The position numbers and the translations under genes are program-made. From positions 1-64,000 of the IMG/VR virus record IMGVR_UViG_3300020159_001521: a DNA stretch of 64,000 nucleotides; one strand, written 5' to 3'. Position 1 is the first letter of the stretch. Each line of letters opens with the position of its first letter. Shown here in pieces: positions 1 through 11,294 of this stretch. The notes under the pieces are model-generated. The model was given only the letters and a program-made list of their open reading frames with translations, was not told the origin of the DNA and did not search any database. Source of the stretch: a virus.

Positions 1-3000
1 ATCAGCTCTATCAAATGTTTCTGTGAACTTCTCGCCATCAGGATAAGTTACTTGAGCTTCTACTGCATTAGCTGTAGCACTCAACACCTTAACCTTTGTC
101 CCTTCATAGGACTCTTTTGAAGAAGATTTGTAGTCAATAATAGGAGTTGCAGTCTCACCTTCTGGGTGATTTACTGTTATCTCTTTATTTTCTATTACAT
201 AATCAACTCCAATACTTTTAGTTTTATCAGAAACTACAGGAGCTACTGGTGCTTGTGAAGCAGCAGGAGTAGGTACCACCTTAGGAGCTAAGGTTTTTGG
301 TGTCACTACAGTTTTTACAGGAGGATTACCATATCTCTTAGCATCTGCTGTATCTGACAGAGTGAAATATATACCTGTCCTATTGACATCACCTTCAACA
401 TTTCTTACAGGTCTGATGCGAGTGGATAGAGGAACATCTTCTGGTTTCCTTCCTTTTGAGGAAAGCAGATAGGTTTGGTAATTAGGCCAAATCTTTGATT
501 CCACCTTACCATTTTCTGATACAGACAGGATTTCTTCATATGGTTGTTTCCATGAATAACTACCATCATCTTTCTTAACCATGGTACTATTCACGTTATT
601 ATACATCATCTGAAGAGTGTCAATCAGTTCACCCTTGTTTTCTCTAATGGCTGTGGGAGTGAATGGATAGGTTTTACCTTTTCCAGATACATAGAGCATA
701 AGTCCATTCTCTGTATCTTCAAAGAATATACTGTTATATCCTACTGCATTTCTTACCTTTCCCCAGTAAACAACAGACTTAAGCCAGTTGTAATATCTCT
801 TAGCAGTTTCAGATTTAAGATTACCATTCTTATTAATATCAACAGCAAGTTGATAGATGGCTCCATAGATGGCTTCTGCTTCTTTCTTGTTGAACAATCT
901 GTTTTTCAGATTGACATAAGCGTTATTAAGAATCAGGAATGGTCTACCCAATGGACTATCGTAAGTTGTAGATCCTTTAGATACAGTGTTATCTGTTGTG
1001 GGAATGTATATAACATTATCGTCTTCAAGATTGGACTCATCAATAAGTCCAGCATCCACTACAGAAACAACAGCATCATAGTTTGGTGTATCATCACTGT
1101 TCATCACATACTGAGGAGTACCAAAAGATGCTTCTATTGAATGTACATTACTTGATGGGTTATCAAGAGTTTCATTTACCCACTCCTGATATTGTTTCTT
1201 ATAATACTCAATTCTTTCTTTAGGAGTTTCTTTCCTAAACATAGATCCACCACCATATTGTTCGCTCCATTCCAAACTTGGATCAGGGAACACTTGATAA
1301 AGAGCATTATTTACAGATACATCCTCTAGAACATTACCATCCTGATCAACAGGTTTATATACACCATCAGTGTCTTGTTTTACAATAACAAGAGCTACTG
1401 TCTTTTCTGGTTTAATTTTTGCTTTCTCTGATTCAGGAAGTTCACTCTGATCCTTAAGATGTTGCGTAAGTCCTCCAAGTTTAAAATCAGCCTCATTCTT
1501 AGAAGTGATTATAACTGCCTTGTATTTTTTCTTTTTAGACGGACTCATTTTGTTAAACAGTACACCGAACAGGTTTGTACGTTTAGCGTGAGGAGCCTCT
1601 GACTTACTAGAGAGTTTTGTGGAAAGAACTACAGCCAATTCAGTTTTCTTAGCCTGTGGTTCATATTCTTTACTATACACCCTGGTTTGCAATCCAGGAT
1701 CAGCAGATCCCAATATCTCTTCTTTAAGAGCTTGGTTCTTTTGTATTCTTTCTTCTTCAGCTTTTTGTGCTTGATATTGTTTTGCTACTTCCTCAAACTT
1801 AGAAATAATAGTGTTCTTAATCTTTAATTGTTGCTCAGCTTCTTGTAAACTGTCCTGCAATTTTTCAAGATCTTTTCTAAGCTCTGCAATTTCTTCCTCT
1901 GTAGGTTTAATTGTAAAGTCTTCAATCTGAGAAACCATGTCTTCCAACATGGCTAAATCTTCTTTATACTTAGGAGCAAGTTTAAGGAAGTTAGGATTGG
2001 CTTTTAAGAAGTCAACCCACTCCTGACCAAGAATTGTTGGTACCTTTGGATAGGCTTTTTCAAATTGACCTATCCAACGGTTTAACAAATCAATAGCTGA
2101 CTCAAGAGCATCTTGAGCTCTGTCTATCATGTCAGATACAGCATTGATAGATTTACCGTTTTCAAGAATTAAATCTTCTAACGCAAGCCTTTGCTCTTTT
2201 AATTCTTGCAAGAACTCCTTACTATCTGTAGGAAGTTCATCTATGTTTTGTGCAAGATCAGCAATCCACTCAAGAGTTGCTTCTGCTTCACTTGTTTCTG
2301 CTTCTAAACTTTCAATTTCAAGACGCAATTGTTCTTGCATTCTTGAGAGTCTATTTGCAGCTTTAATTGCTCTGTTTGTTGTAGCTTTAAAATTGTTCCT
2401 CTTTGTAAGATCGCCAGAAGCAATCTTTTCCTCAAGACCTTTAAGTTCTTTGGTTATTGTCTCAAGTTCATTCTTCTTTTGTTTAAGAAGAGTGTCAACT
2501 CTTTTCTGGTTACCACTAATTTCTTCAAATAGTTCGTTTAGTATTTTTAATCTTTCAGATCTCCTATCTATTTCTCTTGGATCTTCTTCTTGTCCGAGGT
2601 CATCTGTAAGTTTTTGTTCTGCTGCTGTAAGTTCACCAATCTTTCTAACTTTTGCTTGGGCGTAACCTTCTCTAGCAACAAAGTCTTTATTTACAACTTC
2701 TCTTTCCTTTCTTTCTCCTTTTGCATCTTTATATACAAACATAAGAATACCCTCCTTTGGAGAATATTCAAGTCTGCCTTTTGCAGGTTCTAGTTTACCT
2801 TCTTTGTTTTTGATTTTTATACCATAATGTTCAAAAAGGTTATTAGCATTCTCAAGGAAATATTTAGCCTTTTTGTTAGACAACGTAGAGCTCACCTTAC
2901 CAAGCTTAAACTTAGCAAGCTCAGCTTTGGTCAAATCATGAAGCTTCCCATTAATGTCTTTGACTTTAATAGTACCATTTTCATTTTCTCCAAGTACAGT

Positions 3001-5457
3001 GAATCTAGGAAAGCCATACACTTCATTACCTTTACCATCGTCTTTGACCAGATTACCAAGGAAGTATTCTGTTCCCACCTCAAGATCTATCTCACCAGCT
3101 TTAGTCTTAACCTTTATTTTGGTTGTCTCAACATTCTCATCGATAGGTTGATCAGGAACAGATTCTGCTTCTCTATACTCAGCAGGCTTATCTTTTATAT
3201 CATTATACTCGTCCAAGAACTTCTTTCTACGAAGAGTGAGTTCTTTAACGTCACGATAGTCAAGTTTTAAATCATCTTTATTTAAAGAGTTGAGACTATC
3301 AATTTTTGCAAGAACAGCTTCTTCAGATTTTTTAGCTTCTTCCTCAGTTCCTGTTACAGCAGTTTGTAATGCTTCATCTATTATTATACCAGATGAAACA
3401 AGACTTTGTGCCACTTTAGGTATACGCAAGTCATAGTCAGCCACTTTAGAAGCAGCATACACCATCTTATCAATTACATCATCTGTATACAAACGTTTTC
3501 CATTTGCATCAACTTGTCCTCCATATCTAAGATTGAGGGACTTATATAATTCTTCTGTGTTCTTTGCTGTTGTTTCAAACAAAGAAAGGCGTTCCAAAAA
3601 TGTATCTGGTGTATCATTTATGTTTGCTATTCCTTCTTCTTTTAAAGCAGGAAACCCTTTGTCACTCATTGCTTGTGCTCTCAGCTCAGCAATATCACCC
3701 ATTATCATATCAAATCTACCATACTTGATCCTAGGAGCAAGATAGTTGTGCATCATGTCAGCATCAAGATCTTTTGCTTCAAGTTTATCTCCTTGAATAA
3801 TAGCATCTTGTTGTTGTTGTTGCAGAATTACACCTCTATTAACTGCTTGCATCCTATCCTGAAATGCTTTCTGGAAAGATGGTGCACTGTTTATTTGAGA
3901 GAGAAACTGCTGTGTATTATTTTTTGTAGCTCTTGTTTCTCGAAATGTACCTCTAGCTTGCATGAGTCCACCTGTAAGTCCACCCATCAATGCACTTTCC
4001 ATACCCTCTTTAGATACAAAAGCACCAACACCCTCACCATCTTCTCCTCTTCCAACCATTCCATACAGAAAACCATCAACCCACTCATTAGCAGCATTTG
4101 TCTGATAAGCCTTGTTGAAATAATTAACTGTTCCCACTTGTAGGGCATATTGTCCTATTTCTTGAGCTGCTTCCTTAGGATCAAATACATACTTGCCTAC
4201 ATCAGTAACTTTATCATAAAGCTTCCCAAATTTTGTAGTGGATGTAGGAGCTGCAACATATTTACCCTCTTTCATCAACACATCATCTGTTCTACCAAGC
4301 AAACTGTTTGCTGCTTGTCTGCTAGAACTATAATTAGATCCAAGAAGTTTTGGAAGCTGTACATATTCTGTAACAGAAAGAAGAGCTAGATTACCGAAGA
4401 AGGAAGTTTTACCAACCTTCTCAGCCATTTCATTTATATTATCCAGGTCTTCTCCTACAGGATCAAGTCCGCTATGTTTACTTTTATACTCCTCAATAAG
4501 ACCATCTCTATATTGATTTGCTGTTTGCAAAGCTTCAAATGAAGATTCTCCTGCTGAGGAATACGCAGCAATAAGAGTTCTTCTACCTGTATCACCAATA
4601 CCAGCAAACTTATTTGTTTGTTTTGCTATTTCTGCAAGCTTTGAACTTTTTGCAGATATATCAGCAATAGAAGATATTTCTTTTTCAAGAACTGCAGCAG
4701 CTTCTATATTCTTGCCAGCACTGAATGCTCTTGAAGTGTTTCTTAATAAAGGAGTGAATAACTTGAATGCTTGAGAAGCTTCAGCAGCAGTGGCACCAGC
4801 AGCAGCAGCTCTTCCAAGGGCAGCTCCTGCTCTAATCAATCCTGCATTTGCAATATTACCACTAACCATTGCACCCACTGCAAAACCTGAATTCTTAATC
4901 AATTTATCAAATAACCAGTTAGTTTTGAACCAGTTATCTGTAGAATACCATGATGCATTCTTTTCTACGTCTGTGTAATAGTTGGGAAGATATACTTGGT
5001 CCACCTCATTGTTCCACTCATCTAAACTTCTCATTATAGGATTGTCCCATATATCAGCAAGTCTTCCAGAGAAAGGAGCTTTTGCTGCTCCAACAAGCAT
5101 ACCAAAACTTCCAGCAACTGTTGTTCCTGCAAGATTAAGTCCTTTTAATATACCATTAGCAGCTTTGTCCCAACCAGATTGAGCATAAGCTTTTTGATCT
5201 TCCAGATCTATTATATTAGCACTGTATGTACCATATCTCCTATTATCGTACAATTCTTTTGCACTAACTGTAGGAAGCATGTTAGACACTACAGGACCGT
5301 TGCCAAAAAAACTATCCAACGCACTTCCTTCAGCACCTCTTCCTCCACCTAGGTCTGCATATGAATGCGGAACAGGTGTAGATGGATTTGGTAAATCTAA
5401 AGGGCTTGTGTCAGTGTTAGCCAATATAGGGTTTAGATCTTTATCAAAATCTGGCAT
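1..5457 (-). CDS. Giant virion-ejected (cargo) protein, N-terminal >=1819 aa, truncated by the window edge; possibly the virion RNA polymerase-containing protein
   Basis: Missing from the ORF track because it runs off the edge. ATG at 5457 reads MPDFDKDLNPILANTD...WDKAANGILKGLNLAGTTVAGSFGMLVG...YLPNYY. Frame spot-checked open at several points down to base 1. Gly/Ala-rich hydrophobic helices and position after the other cargo genes match crAss-like giant proteins. No RNAP catalytic motif seen in the parts read. Confidence 0.8.
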   Translation of the reverse strand, partial: MPDFDKDLNPILANTDTSPLDLPNPSTPVPHSYADLGGGRGAEGSALDSFFGNGPVVSNMLPTVSAKELYDNRRYGTYSANIIDLEDQKAYAQSGWDKAANGILKGLNLAGTTVAGSFGMLVGAAKAPFSGRLADIWDNPIMRSLDEWNNEVDQVYLPNYYTDVEKNASWYSTDNWFKTNWLFDKLIKNSGFAVGAMVSGNIANAGLIRAGAALGRAAAAGATAAEASQAFKLFTPLLRNTSRAFSAGKNIEAAAVLEKEISSIADISAKSSKLAEIAKQTNKFAGIGDTGRRTLIAAYSSAGESSFEALQTANQYRDGLIEEYKSKHSGLDPVGEDLDNINEMAEKVGKTSFFGNLALLSVTEYVQLPKLLGSNYSSSRQAANSLLGRTDDVLMKEGKYVAAPTSTTKFGKLYDKVTDVGKYVFDPKEAAQEIGQYALQVGTVNYFNKAYQTNAANEWVDGFLYGMVGRGEDGEGVGAFVSKEGMESALMGGLTGGLMQARGTFRETRATKNNTQQFLSQINSAPSFQKAFQDRMQAVNRGVILQQQQQDAIIQGDKLEAKDLDADMMHNYLAPRIKYGRFDMIMGDIAELRAQAMSDKGFPALKEEGIANINDTPDTFLERLSLFETTAKNTEELYKSLNLRYGGQVDANGKRLYTDDVIDKMVYAASKVADYDLRIPKVAQSLVSSGIIIDEALQTAVTGTEEEAKKSEEAVLAKIDSLNSLNKDDLKLDYRDVKELTLRRKKFLDEYNDIKDKPAEYREAESVPDQPIDENVETTKIKVKTKAGEIDLEVGTEYFLGNLVKDDGKGNEVYGFPRFTVLGENENGTIKVKDINGKLHDLTKAELAKFKLGKVSSTLSNKKAKYFLENANNLFEHYGIKIKNKEGKLEPAKGRLEYSPKEGILMFVYKDAKGERKEREVVNKDFVAREGYAQAKVRKIGELTAAEQKLTDDLGQEEDPREIDRRSERLKILNELFEEISGNQKRVDTLLKQKKNELETITKELKGLEEKIASGDLTKRNNFKATTNRAIKAANRLSRMQEQLRLEIESLEAETSEAEATLEWIADLAQNIDELPTDSKEFLQELKEQRLALEDLILENGKSINAVSDMIDRAQDALESAIDLLNRWIGQFEKAYPKVPTILGQEWVDFLKANPNFLKLAPKYKEDLAMLEDMVSQIEDFTIKPTEEEIAELRKDLEKLQDSLQEAEQQLKIKNTIISKFEEVAKQYQAQKAEEERIQKNQALKEEILGSADPGLQTRVYSKEYEPQAKKTELAVVLSTKLSSKSEAPHAKRTNLFGVLFNKMSPSKKKKYKAVIITSKNEADFKLGGLTQHLKDQSELPESEKAKIKPEKTVALVIVKQDTDGVYKPVDQDGNVLEDVSVNNALYQVFPDPSLEWSEQYGGGSMFRKETPKERIEYYKKQYQEWVNETLDNPSSNVHSIEASFGTPQYVMNSDDTPNYDAVVSVVDAGLIDESNLEDDNVIYIPTTDNTVSKGSTTYDSPLGRPFLILNNAYVNLKNRLFNKKEAEAIYGAIYQLAVDINKNGNLKSETAKRYYNWLKSVVYWGKVRNAVGYNSIFFEDTENGLMLYVSGKGKTYPFTPTAIRENKGELIDTLQMMYNNVNSTMVKKDDGSYSWKQPYEEILSVSENGKVESKIWPNYQTYLLSSKGRKPEDVPLSTRIRPVRNVEGDVNRTGIYFTLSDTADAKRYGNPPVKTVVTPKTLAPKVVPTPAASQAPVAPVVSDKTKSIGVDYVIENKEITVNHPEGETATPIIDYKSSSKESYEGTKVKVLSATANAVEAQVTYPDGEKFTETFDRAD

Positions 5458-5468
5458 ATCTGCAGGTA

Positions 5469-8069
5469 TTAATCTAAATTAGAAAAATCGTAATTGGGAT
5501 ATTGATTTCTTAGAAGCTTCATTAAAGTTACATCTGTTAATGCATTTAAGTTCTTTTTTCCTTGATCATATCCCACTCTTTGTAACTTGTCGGTTCCTGA
5601 TATCTCAAATGTCTGATATCCACCATCTTTTCTCTTTACATTAATCATTGCTGTGTAAAGATTAGCATCACTGAGGTCTTGATTGAGATCTGCTGTAACT
5701 TGGTATTTACTTATTCCAGGGAAGTCTCCAAATTGTTTTTGCATTGTTGCTTTGGTTGGATCTCCTGTTATATTGGTATTACCTTTACCAATATTCACTC
5801 TGATAGATTCTTGAGTTTTGTCATTTACATAACCAGCACCAAAGTTCCTAACAACATCATTTCTGCTCAACTTCAAAATTTGTCTATTTGAAGGATCAGA
5901 CTCACTCTTAAGATGAACTCTAAAGTTATCACCATCTTGTTCAATAAACACTCTAGTGTCTTTTTTATTTTCCTCAAGAAGCATAGCTGACGCTTTTTCC
6001 AAGTCAAACTTACCATCAGCTGCTATTTGATTTACATCAGCAGCAGTGAGCAGTTGACTAAGTCTTGAAAGAATAATTGGAGGTGGTTCGCCATTCTTGC
6101 CTGTAGCAACAGCTTTAATTTGTGGAACAAATTCTTGAGCTATTGGTGCAAGTTTTTGTGTATATCTGTCTTTAACAGCATTCTCGTAATTTCCTTTAAA
6201 GTCTTTATATTTATTCAAGTATTCATGAACTCCTAATAAAATCGGTCTAAGTTCTTTTCCTCCAACAACATCTGCACCAAAAGGTAATGTTTTTGATTTA
6301 TTTAATTCTATTGTACTAGGTTTACCATTAACCATATAAGTGAGCTTCATGTTTCCAGCAACAGCTCTATCTACAGATAGAGTAGCTTTTCCTGATTCTA
6401 TATCTTTTACAAGCTGAGATGGTGTAAGATTTATTGGTTGACCAGAAACTTTAATTTGTACTGATTTATTTTGACCGTCTAATTTAGTAAGATCGTCTTG
6501 ACTTCTCTTAAGTTCACTTAAATACTTAGGATCTCTCAACACTTCATTTATAGCATCATTTTGTAACTGCTTTTGTTTTTGTTCAAGAGCAGATAGATAG
6601 TTCTTGTTTTTGGCAATGTTTTGAATTAGTTTGAGAGCATCTGGTTTAACCTTTGTAGCTTTTACAGTGTTCTCTTCCCAATCCTTTAACATGTCATTTA
6701 TTTGAGCATCTGTGTATTTTGTTCTAAGTTTAGTAATATCACCATCTACAGCATCTGCTACAGACGTAACATGTTTAGTAAAATGCTCCTGTGCTCTCAG
6801 TTCATTATCTGTAACATTACCCATAGGAGTCCAATCACTTAATGATGGATCTCCATATAATTCAGCTTTCTTCAAAGCATTTGCTTCTGCATCAATTTGT
6901 AGTTTTTGAACAGCTAAACCATAATCTCTTTCAGATTCATATCTACGTCTGTTCTCAACTTGTTGATTAAACTTCATAGTCTCAACCCAATTAAGCTGTT
7001 GTCTAATTGGGTTAGATTCATAACTTACTATTTGATTCTTCCAGGAGAATGCATTTGAAAATTCACTTATAAACCCATCTTTGTATATAGATGATTTTAC
7101 CTGATCTGGATTATTTTTAGCAAGCTCTACATTTGATTTAAGACTTTCATCAAGAATACCAGGAACACCATCTTTACCAATAAGAGTTTCGTAGTATTTA
7201 ATTTGATTATCAATCTTGTTTCCTTCAGTGGGGTCAGTTACAATTCTTTTCTGTTCAAGAAGATAATTAAGAGATGTCATTGCATTCTTCTTCTGTACAG
7301 CATAATTATCCACTGCCTTTTTTACAAGTTGTTCAGGAGTGACACCTCTGAATTGGTATCTTCCACTTATAGAAAGTTGGTTAAGATCGTTTTGGTCTAA
7401 AGAGGACACTATAGCTGCTTTAATCTGTCCTTCATCAATACCTTCAATCTTATATCTTTTCATGGCATCAGCAATAACTTTTGTATCCACTGTACCATCG
7501 TCATTCATTTTAAACGGAACATCGTATTGCTGAAGCTTAGGGTGAAGAGCTTTAATAGCCTCCATTGCCTTTTTCTTTACATCTATATACTGTGTATACC
7601 TACCGTTGAATGATTGTTTTAAGTCTGTTGAGTATAACCAATTGTTTGCCTTCTCACTAAAATCCCATTGATTCTCAACAGAAGATTTCCCTTCAGAAAT
7701 AGCTTTTTCCATTTCTGCTAATTGCTTCCTATAGAATGCTGTAGAACTTACAGCATTTCTTACAGTGGGATCTTTGGCAACTTGTGTCACCATTCCTCCT
7801 ACAGAATTGACAAGTTGCATATTAGAGAAGTCTCCAGCAGCTACTTTCTTAAGGTTGTTTCCTAGATCATTAAGTTTTGATTGGAGATATCCTTTGTCAA
7901 CGTCTCTAATTACATCCAATCCAGCAACATTATCTATGTATCCCTGGATTTTCTGTACTCCCTCTTCGTACTTCTGTTGCTTGTACATACCCACTTGAGC
8001 CATTGCTTCTAAGGGCAATTGCTGCACGTACGGGCGAGATTGTAATATGGTATCGGTAAAGCTTGCCAT
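5469..8069 (-). CDS. Virion cargo/ejection protein (866 aa)
   Basis: Long helical ORF between the 1038-aa cargo gene and the giant gene; N-terminus PYVQQLPLEAM..VGMYKQQKYEEG resembles crAss-like cargo proteins; synteny. Confidence 0.6.
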   Translation of the reverse strand: MASFTDTILQSRPYVQQLPLEAMAQVGMYKQQKYEEGVQKIQGYIDNVAGLDVIRDVDKGYLQSKLNDLGNNLKKVAAGDFSNMQLVNSVGGMVTQVAKDPTVRNAVSSTAFYRKQLAEMEKAISEGKSSVENQWDFSEKANNWLYSTDLKQSFNGRYTQYIDVKKKAMEAIKALHPKLQQYDVPFKMNDDGTVDTKVIADAMKRYKIEGIDEGQIKAAIVSSLDQNDLNQLSISGRYQFRGVTPEQLVKKAVDNYAVQKKNAMTSLNYLLEQKRIVTDPTEGNKIDNQIKYYETLIGKDGVPGILDESLKSNVELAKNNPDQVKSSIYKDGFISEFSNAFSWKNQIVSYESNPIRQQLNWVETMKFNQQVENRRRYESERDYGLAVQKLQIDAEANALKKAELYGDPSLSDWTPMGNVTDNELRAQEHFTKHVTSVADAVDGDITKLRTKYTDAQINDMLKDWEENTVKATKVKPDALKLIQNIAKNKNYLSALEQKQKQLQNDAINEVLRDPKYLSELKRSQDDLTKLDGQNKSVQIKVSGQPINLTPSQLVKDIESGKATLSVDRAVAGNMKLTYMVNGKPSTIELNKSKTLPFGADVVGGKELRPILLGVHEYLNKYKDFKGNYENAVKDRYTQKLAPIAQEFVPQIKAVATGKNGEPPPIILSRLSQLLTAADVNQIAADGKFDLEKASAMLLEENKKDTRVFIEQDGDNFRVHLKSESDPSNRQILKLSRNDVVRNFGAGYVNDKTQESIRVNIGKGNTNITGDPTKATMQKQFGDFPGISKYQVTADLNQDLSDANLYTAMINVKRKDGGYQTFEISGTDKLQRVGYDQGKKNLNALTDVTLMKLLRNQYPNYDFSNLD

Positions 8070-8083
8070 TGAGTATAAGTTAG

Positions 8084-8114
8084 CAAATGTAATTTAAAAT
8101 ATTATACAAACCAA
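8084..8114 (-). promoter_or_regulatory. Bacteroidota sigma-A promoter
   Basis: Minus strand TTG-N20-TACATTTG, just upstream of the ATG at 8069. Confidence 0.75.
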
Positions 8115-8155
8115 GACGTTTAATTGCTTTAAGTAACTTGGTATAACTAATTGGG

Positions 8156-11100
8156 TTAGAGACCTTTAATTGCTTTTACAATTGATCCGTTTCTTTTCCC
8201 TCCCTTTTTATCTTCTTTTTTCTCGTCATTTGTTAGCGCAGCTTTGAACTGATCAAAAGTCATATCTCCTACAGTGCCAGTGTTAAACTTAGTCACTCCT
8301 GTATTAAAGATTCTTCCTTTTGGTCCAAATGTGTAATTTGGATACATGTTTGCCATAACATTGGCTGACATTGTTTCAGCTTTGTTCTTGCCTATCTTCT
8401 CAGCAATTGAACTAAGAGCTTCAAACGCTTGAGCCTTTGTTTTAGATTTAGCTGTCTCTTGTCTTGTGTATTGTTGGTCAAGAATAGCAAGGTTCTTAAG
8501 CGTAGCATCGTTTAGTGTGGCAATGTTTCTTCTCCTCACCTCATCAGACATTGCTTGGTTCATCCTAAACTGCTCACCAAGCACCTTGTTTTTAGCAGCT
8601 GAAGCTTGTGCAGCAATCATTGCTTGTGCGGCAGGATTGCCTCCAGCCATTCTCATAGCAGCATTTGTTTGAGATTGTATCTCATTGAGTTGATCCTGAA
8701 GAGAAATAGCACTCACTTGCTCAAGCATAGGTTGATATGTCTGAGCTTGTACAGGTTCTAATTGATTAGAAGACAATGCAAACATCTCTCCAGCAAGTTG
8801 ACCAGGATCTAAAGGGTTCCTTATTGCTGGTTTGATATATGGATATAATGTGTCGTATGCATCTATTGCCTTGTCAAAGAGAGAGCTTTCTTTTGCAACA
8901 GGTTGAACAGGAACTCTAAAAGCAGGAGCAGGTCTATTTTGTATATCTGTTAAGTAAGATCTATCTATAGTACGTATGTTTCTAATTGGAATAGGTCTAA
9001 CTAACTCTTTTCTAGGTTCTCTTTCAGGGGCTTTTTCTGAAGTTTTCTTTGTATCTGTTTTCTTTGCGCTTGTTGAAGTTTTCTTTTGACTAACAGAAGG
9101 TGTTGGAGTTACACCATATCCTGGTCCTTGTACAAATGGTAAAGGATCTCCATATTGCCAAGGTGGTGTATTTGCCTTAAATCCAAACTGAGCAGTTTCC
9201 ATTTTAGCACCAAACTTAGCCATGTCTGAATTCTTTATAGGTTTAAGTTTTCCTTTGGAAAGAGCATCGCTTTCTACACCCATTTCTTCTGCTGTATCGA
9301 GAATAGCATTCTGCACTCCTGCTGCTGTTTGTTTTTTCATTGATATGTCTTTTAGTTTCATATCTGCACCTGTGAGCATAGCTTTTGCAGAAGCAAGCTT
9401 TAACATATCGAAAGGATTGTCTCCATCTATATTGTTAACAAGATTAATGTTTTTATCTATAATCTTGTTCTGCTTTGCTTCACTTTTGCTGAGGTCTGCT
9501 ACATATGTTTTGAACTTCTTACCCTTTGCTTTGGGATCGTTGAGTTCTGTTATTCCATAGGAAGGAATCTTCATGTTACCATATACAACAAGATTTTCTT
9601 CTCCTGTGCCACCGTCTTTAAGCTTTACAGCTGGCTCACCTCTTTCCACTTCTACAGGACTTTCTCCAAATTTAATACCTATTCCTGTTCTTCCTTGTCC
9701 GTCAGATTCATCGTGAGATTGTCCTCTGAACATTATTGTTTCTCCTCCATCTGGTAGATAGGGATTGTAAGAGATTGTTTCAGCATCACCACCCCAATAT
9801 GTTTCAAGTTCTCCACCCATTTGCATCATTGACAATCTTTCATCATTGCCCATGTAGTTTGACCTAATGTTTCTAACCTCACCACCAGCTCTTAACATAT
9901 CTGCATCATTAGGAGGAGCAAGTAAATCATTTACGTCATACTCACCAAACTTAGCAATCACTTGTGGTTGCCAATCATGACTTAAATACTTGAGTCCAAC
10001 TTCTCCACCATCTTCCATGAATGCATTGAACTGACCTTGTTGCAATTGTTGTGCACCTTGTTGGAAAGCAGCTTGTCCAAGAATCTGTTGATTCCTTTTC
10101 ATTCTGTTTTCTGTACCTATATCTATTATTCCACTAACTACATCACCAGCAATATTTGCAGCATTACCAGCTTGTTCAGCACCAGCTTTTATTGCACCAA
10201 TCATTGCTCCTGCTGCTGCCTTACCACCTTTTCTGTATTGTTTAACTGTATTACTGTCATCCAATGGTTCATATCCAAGATCCATGTACATGTCACCAGG
10301 ATTGTACATGTTTTGAATCTCTGTTAAATTGCCTCCTATTTGCATTCCGTATTTAGCAAGAAGGTTTGTGCCAGATCCATAGGGATTGTTTAACACTCCA
10401 GGTTCAACAAGATTATCCTCAGGACGAACATATTTACGATTTACTCTCTCAGGAGCAAGACCTGACACTTGTTGTGTAAGACTAGCAAGATTACCAGCTT
10501 GTCTAGCTTTAGCAGCTTGATCGATTGATTGCTTCACCTTTCTACCAGCGTTAACAATCTGACCAAGTGGTTTAGCAAGAGGTCCTGCAAGAGAAATACC
10601 TTTATCAAGAAGTTTACCTCCAGCAGTTGTTGCTAGAGATTTTGGTTGTTTAGATTGTTGTGCAGGTTGTTGATTCTGTTGTGCAAACTGTGCATCAAGC
10701 ATTTGTGTCTGTCCTTGTGTAACCTTTCCAGTGGCGTTAGATGTAACTTGTCCAGTGATAGGATCTAATGTAGTTAAGTTTGGACCAAATTGCATGTATG
10801 AAGGAACTCCTCCACCACCCTGATATCTAGGAACATTACCACCAGCTCTTTTCATAAACATTGATGCTAGTTGCATAGCTTGACCTGCATCCATTCCACC
10901 AGAAGAATCTTCTGTTGTTTCTTCCTGTTGAGCAAGTTGGGCAAGTCGAGCTTCTTCTGCTCTCATTGCGTTTGTCTTGCCACTTGTCATGTAATCAAGA
11001 TTGTCATACATGCCTCTGATATCAACAGGTTGGTACATAGGTTGTTGTACACCACCTTGGATGTAATCACCAACTTTTGCCTGAGGAGGGTTAGCAAAAT

Positions 11101-11272
11101 CTGTAAGCTGTGTTAATTGCTTTTTAACCATAGCTGCTCCCATCTTGGCTTTCTTAACAGCTTTCTTAAAAGCACCACCATGTTTAGCCATAAACTCAGC
11201 TTCTGTACCATACTTAGCGTACAATTCAGCTTCAGATTTAACACCAGCAATTTTCAGAATGTCTTTTTTCAT
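8156..11272 (-). CDS. Virion cargo protein with repeated x[QKER]xG(G) motifs (1038 aa)
   Basis: Low-complexity Q/A/G-rich protein with about 15 motif copies (AKMG, YQGGG, MQIGG, YRKGG, MEDGG, LRAGG, MQMGG, AQFG...) and a central GQSHDE...VEVERGE domain; cargo-region synteny. Confidence 0.65.
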   Translation of the reverse strand: MKKDILKIAGVKSEAELYAKYGTEAEFMAKHGGAFKKAVKKAKMGAAMVKKQLTQLTDFANPPQAKVGDYIQGGVQQPMYQPVDIRGMYDNLDYMTSGKTNAMRAEEARLAQLAQQEETTEDSSGGMDAGQAMQLASMFMKRAGGNVPRYQGGGGVPSYMQFGPNLTTLDPITGQVTSNATGKVTQGQTQMLDAQFAQQNQQPAQQSKQPKSLATTAGGKLLDKGISLAGPLAKPLGQIVNAGRKVKQSIDQAAKARQAGNLASLTQQVSGLAPERVNRKYVRPEDNLVEPGVLNNPYGSGTNLLAKYGMQIGGNLTEIQNMYNPGDMYMDLGYEPLDDSNTVKQYRKGGKAAAGAMIGAIKAGAEQAGNAANIAGDVVSGIIDIGTENRMKRNQQILGQAAFQQGAQQLQQGQFNAFMEDGGEVGLKYLSHDWQPQVIAKFGEYDVNDLLAPPNDADMLRAGGEVRNIRSNYMGNDERLSMMQMGGELETYWGGDAETISYNPYLPDGGETIMFRGQSHDESDGQGRTGIGIKFGESPVEVERGEPAVKLKDGGTGEENLVVYGNMKIPSYGITELNDPKAKGKKFKTYVADLSKSEAKQNKIIDKNINLVNNIDGDNPFDMLKLASAKAMLTGADMKLKDISMKKQTAAGVQNAILDTAEEMGVESDALSKGKLKPIKNSDMAKFGAKMETAQFGFKANTPPWQYGDPLPFVQGPGYGVTPTPSVSQKKTSTSAKKTDTKKTSEKAPEREPRKELVRPIPIRNIRTIDRSYLTDIQNRPAPAFRVPVQPVAKESSLFDKAIDAYDTLYPYIKPAIRNPLDPGQLAGEMFALSSNQLEPVQAQTYQPMLEQVSAISLQDQLNEIQSQTNAAMRMAGGNPAAQAMIAAQASAAKNKVLGEQFRMNQAMSDEVRRRNIATLNDATLKNLAILDQQYTRQETAKSKTKAQAFEALSSIAEKIGKNKAETMSANVMANMYPNYTFGPKGRIFNTGVTKFNTGTVGDMTFDQFKAALTNDEKKEDKKGGKRNGSIVKAIKGL

Positions 11273-11294
11273 TATATATTTTTGAAAAGGTTTT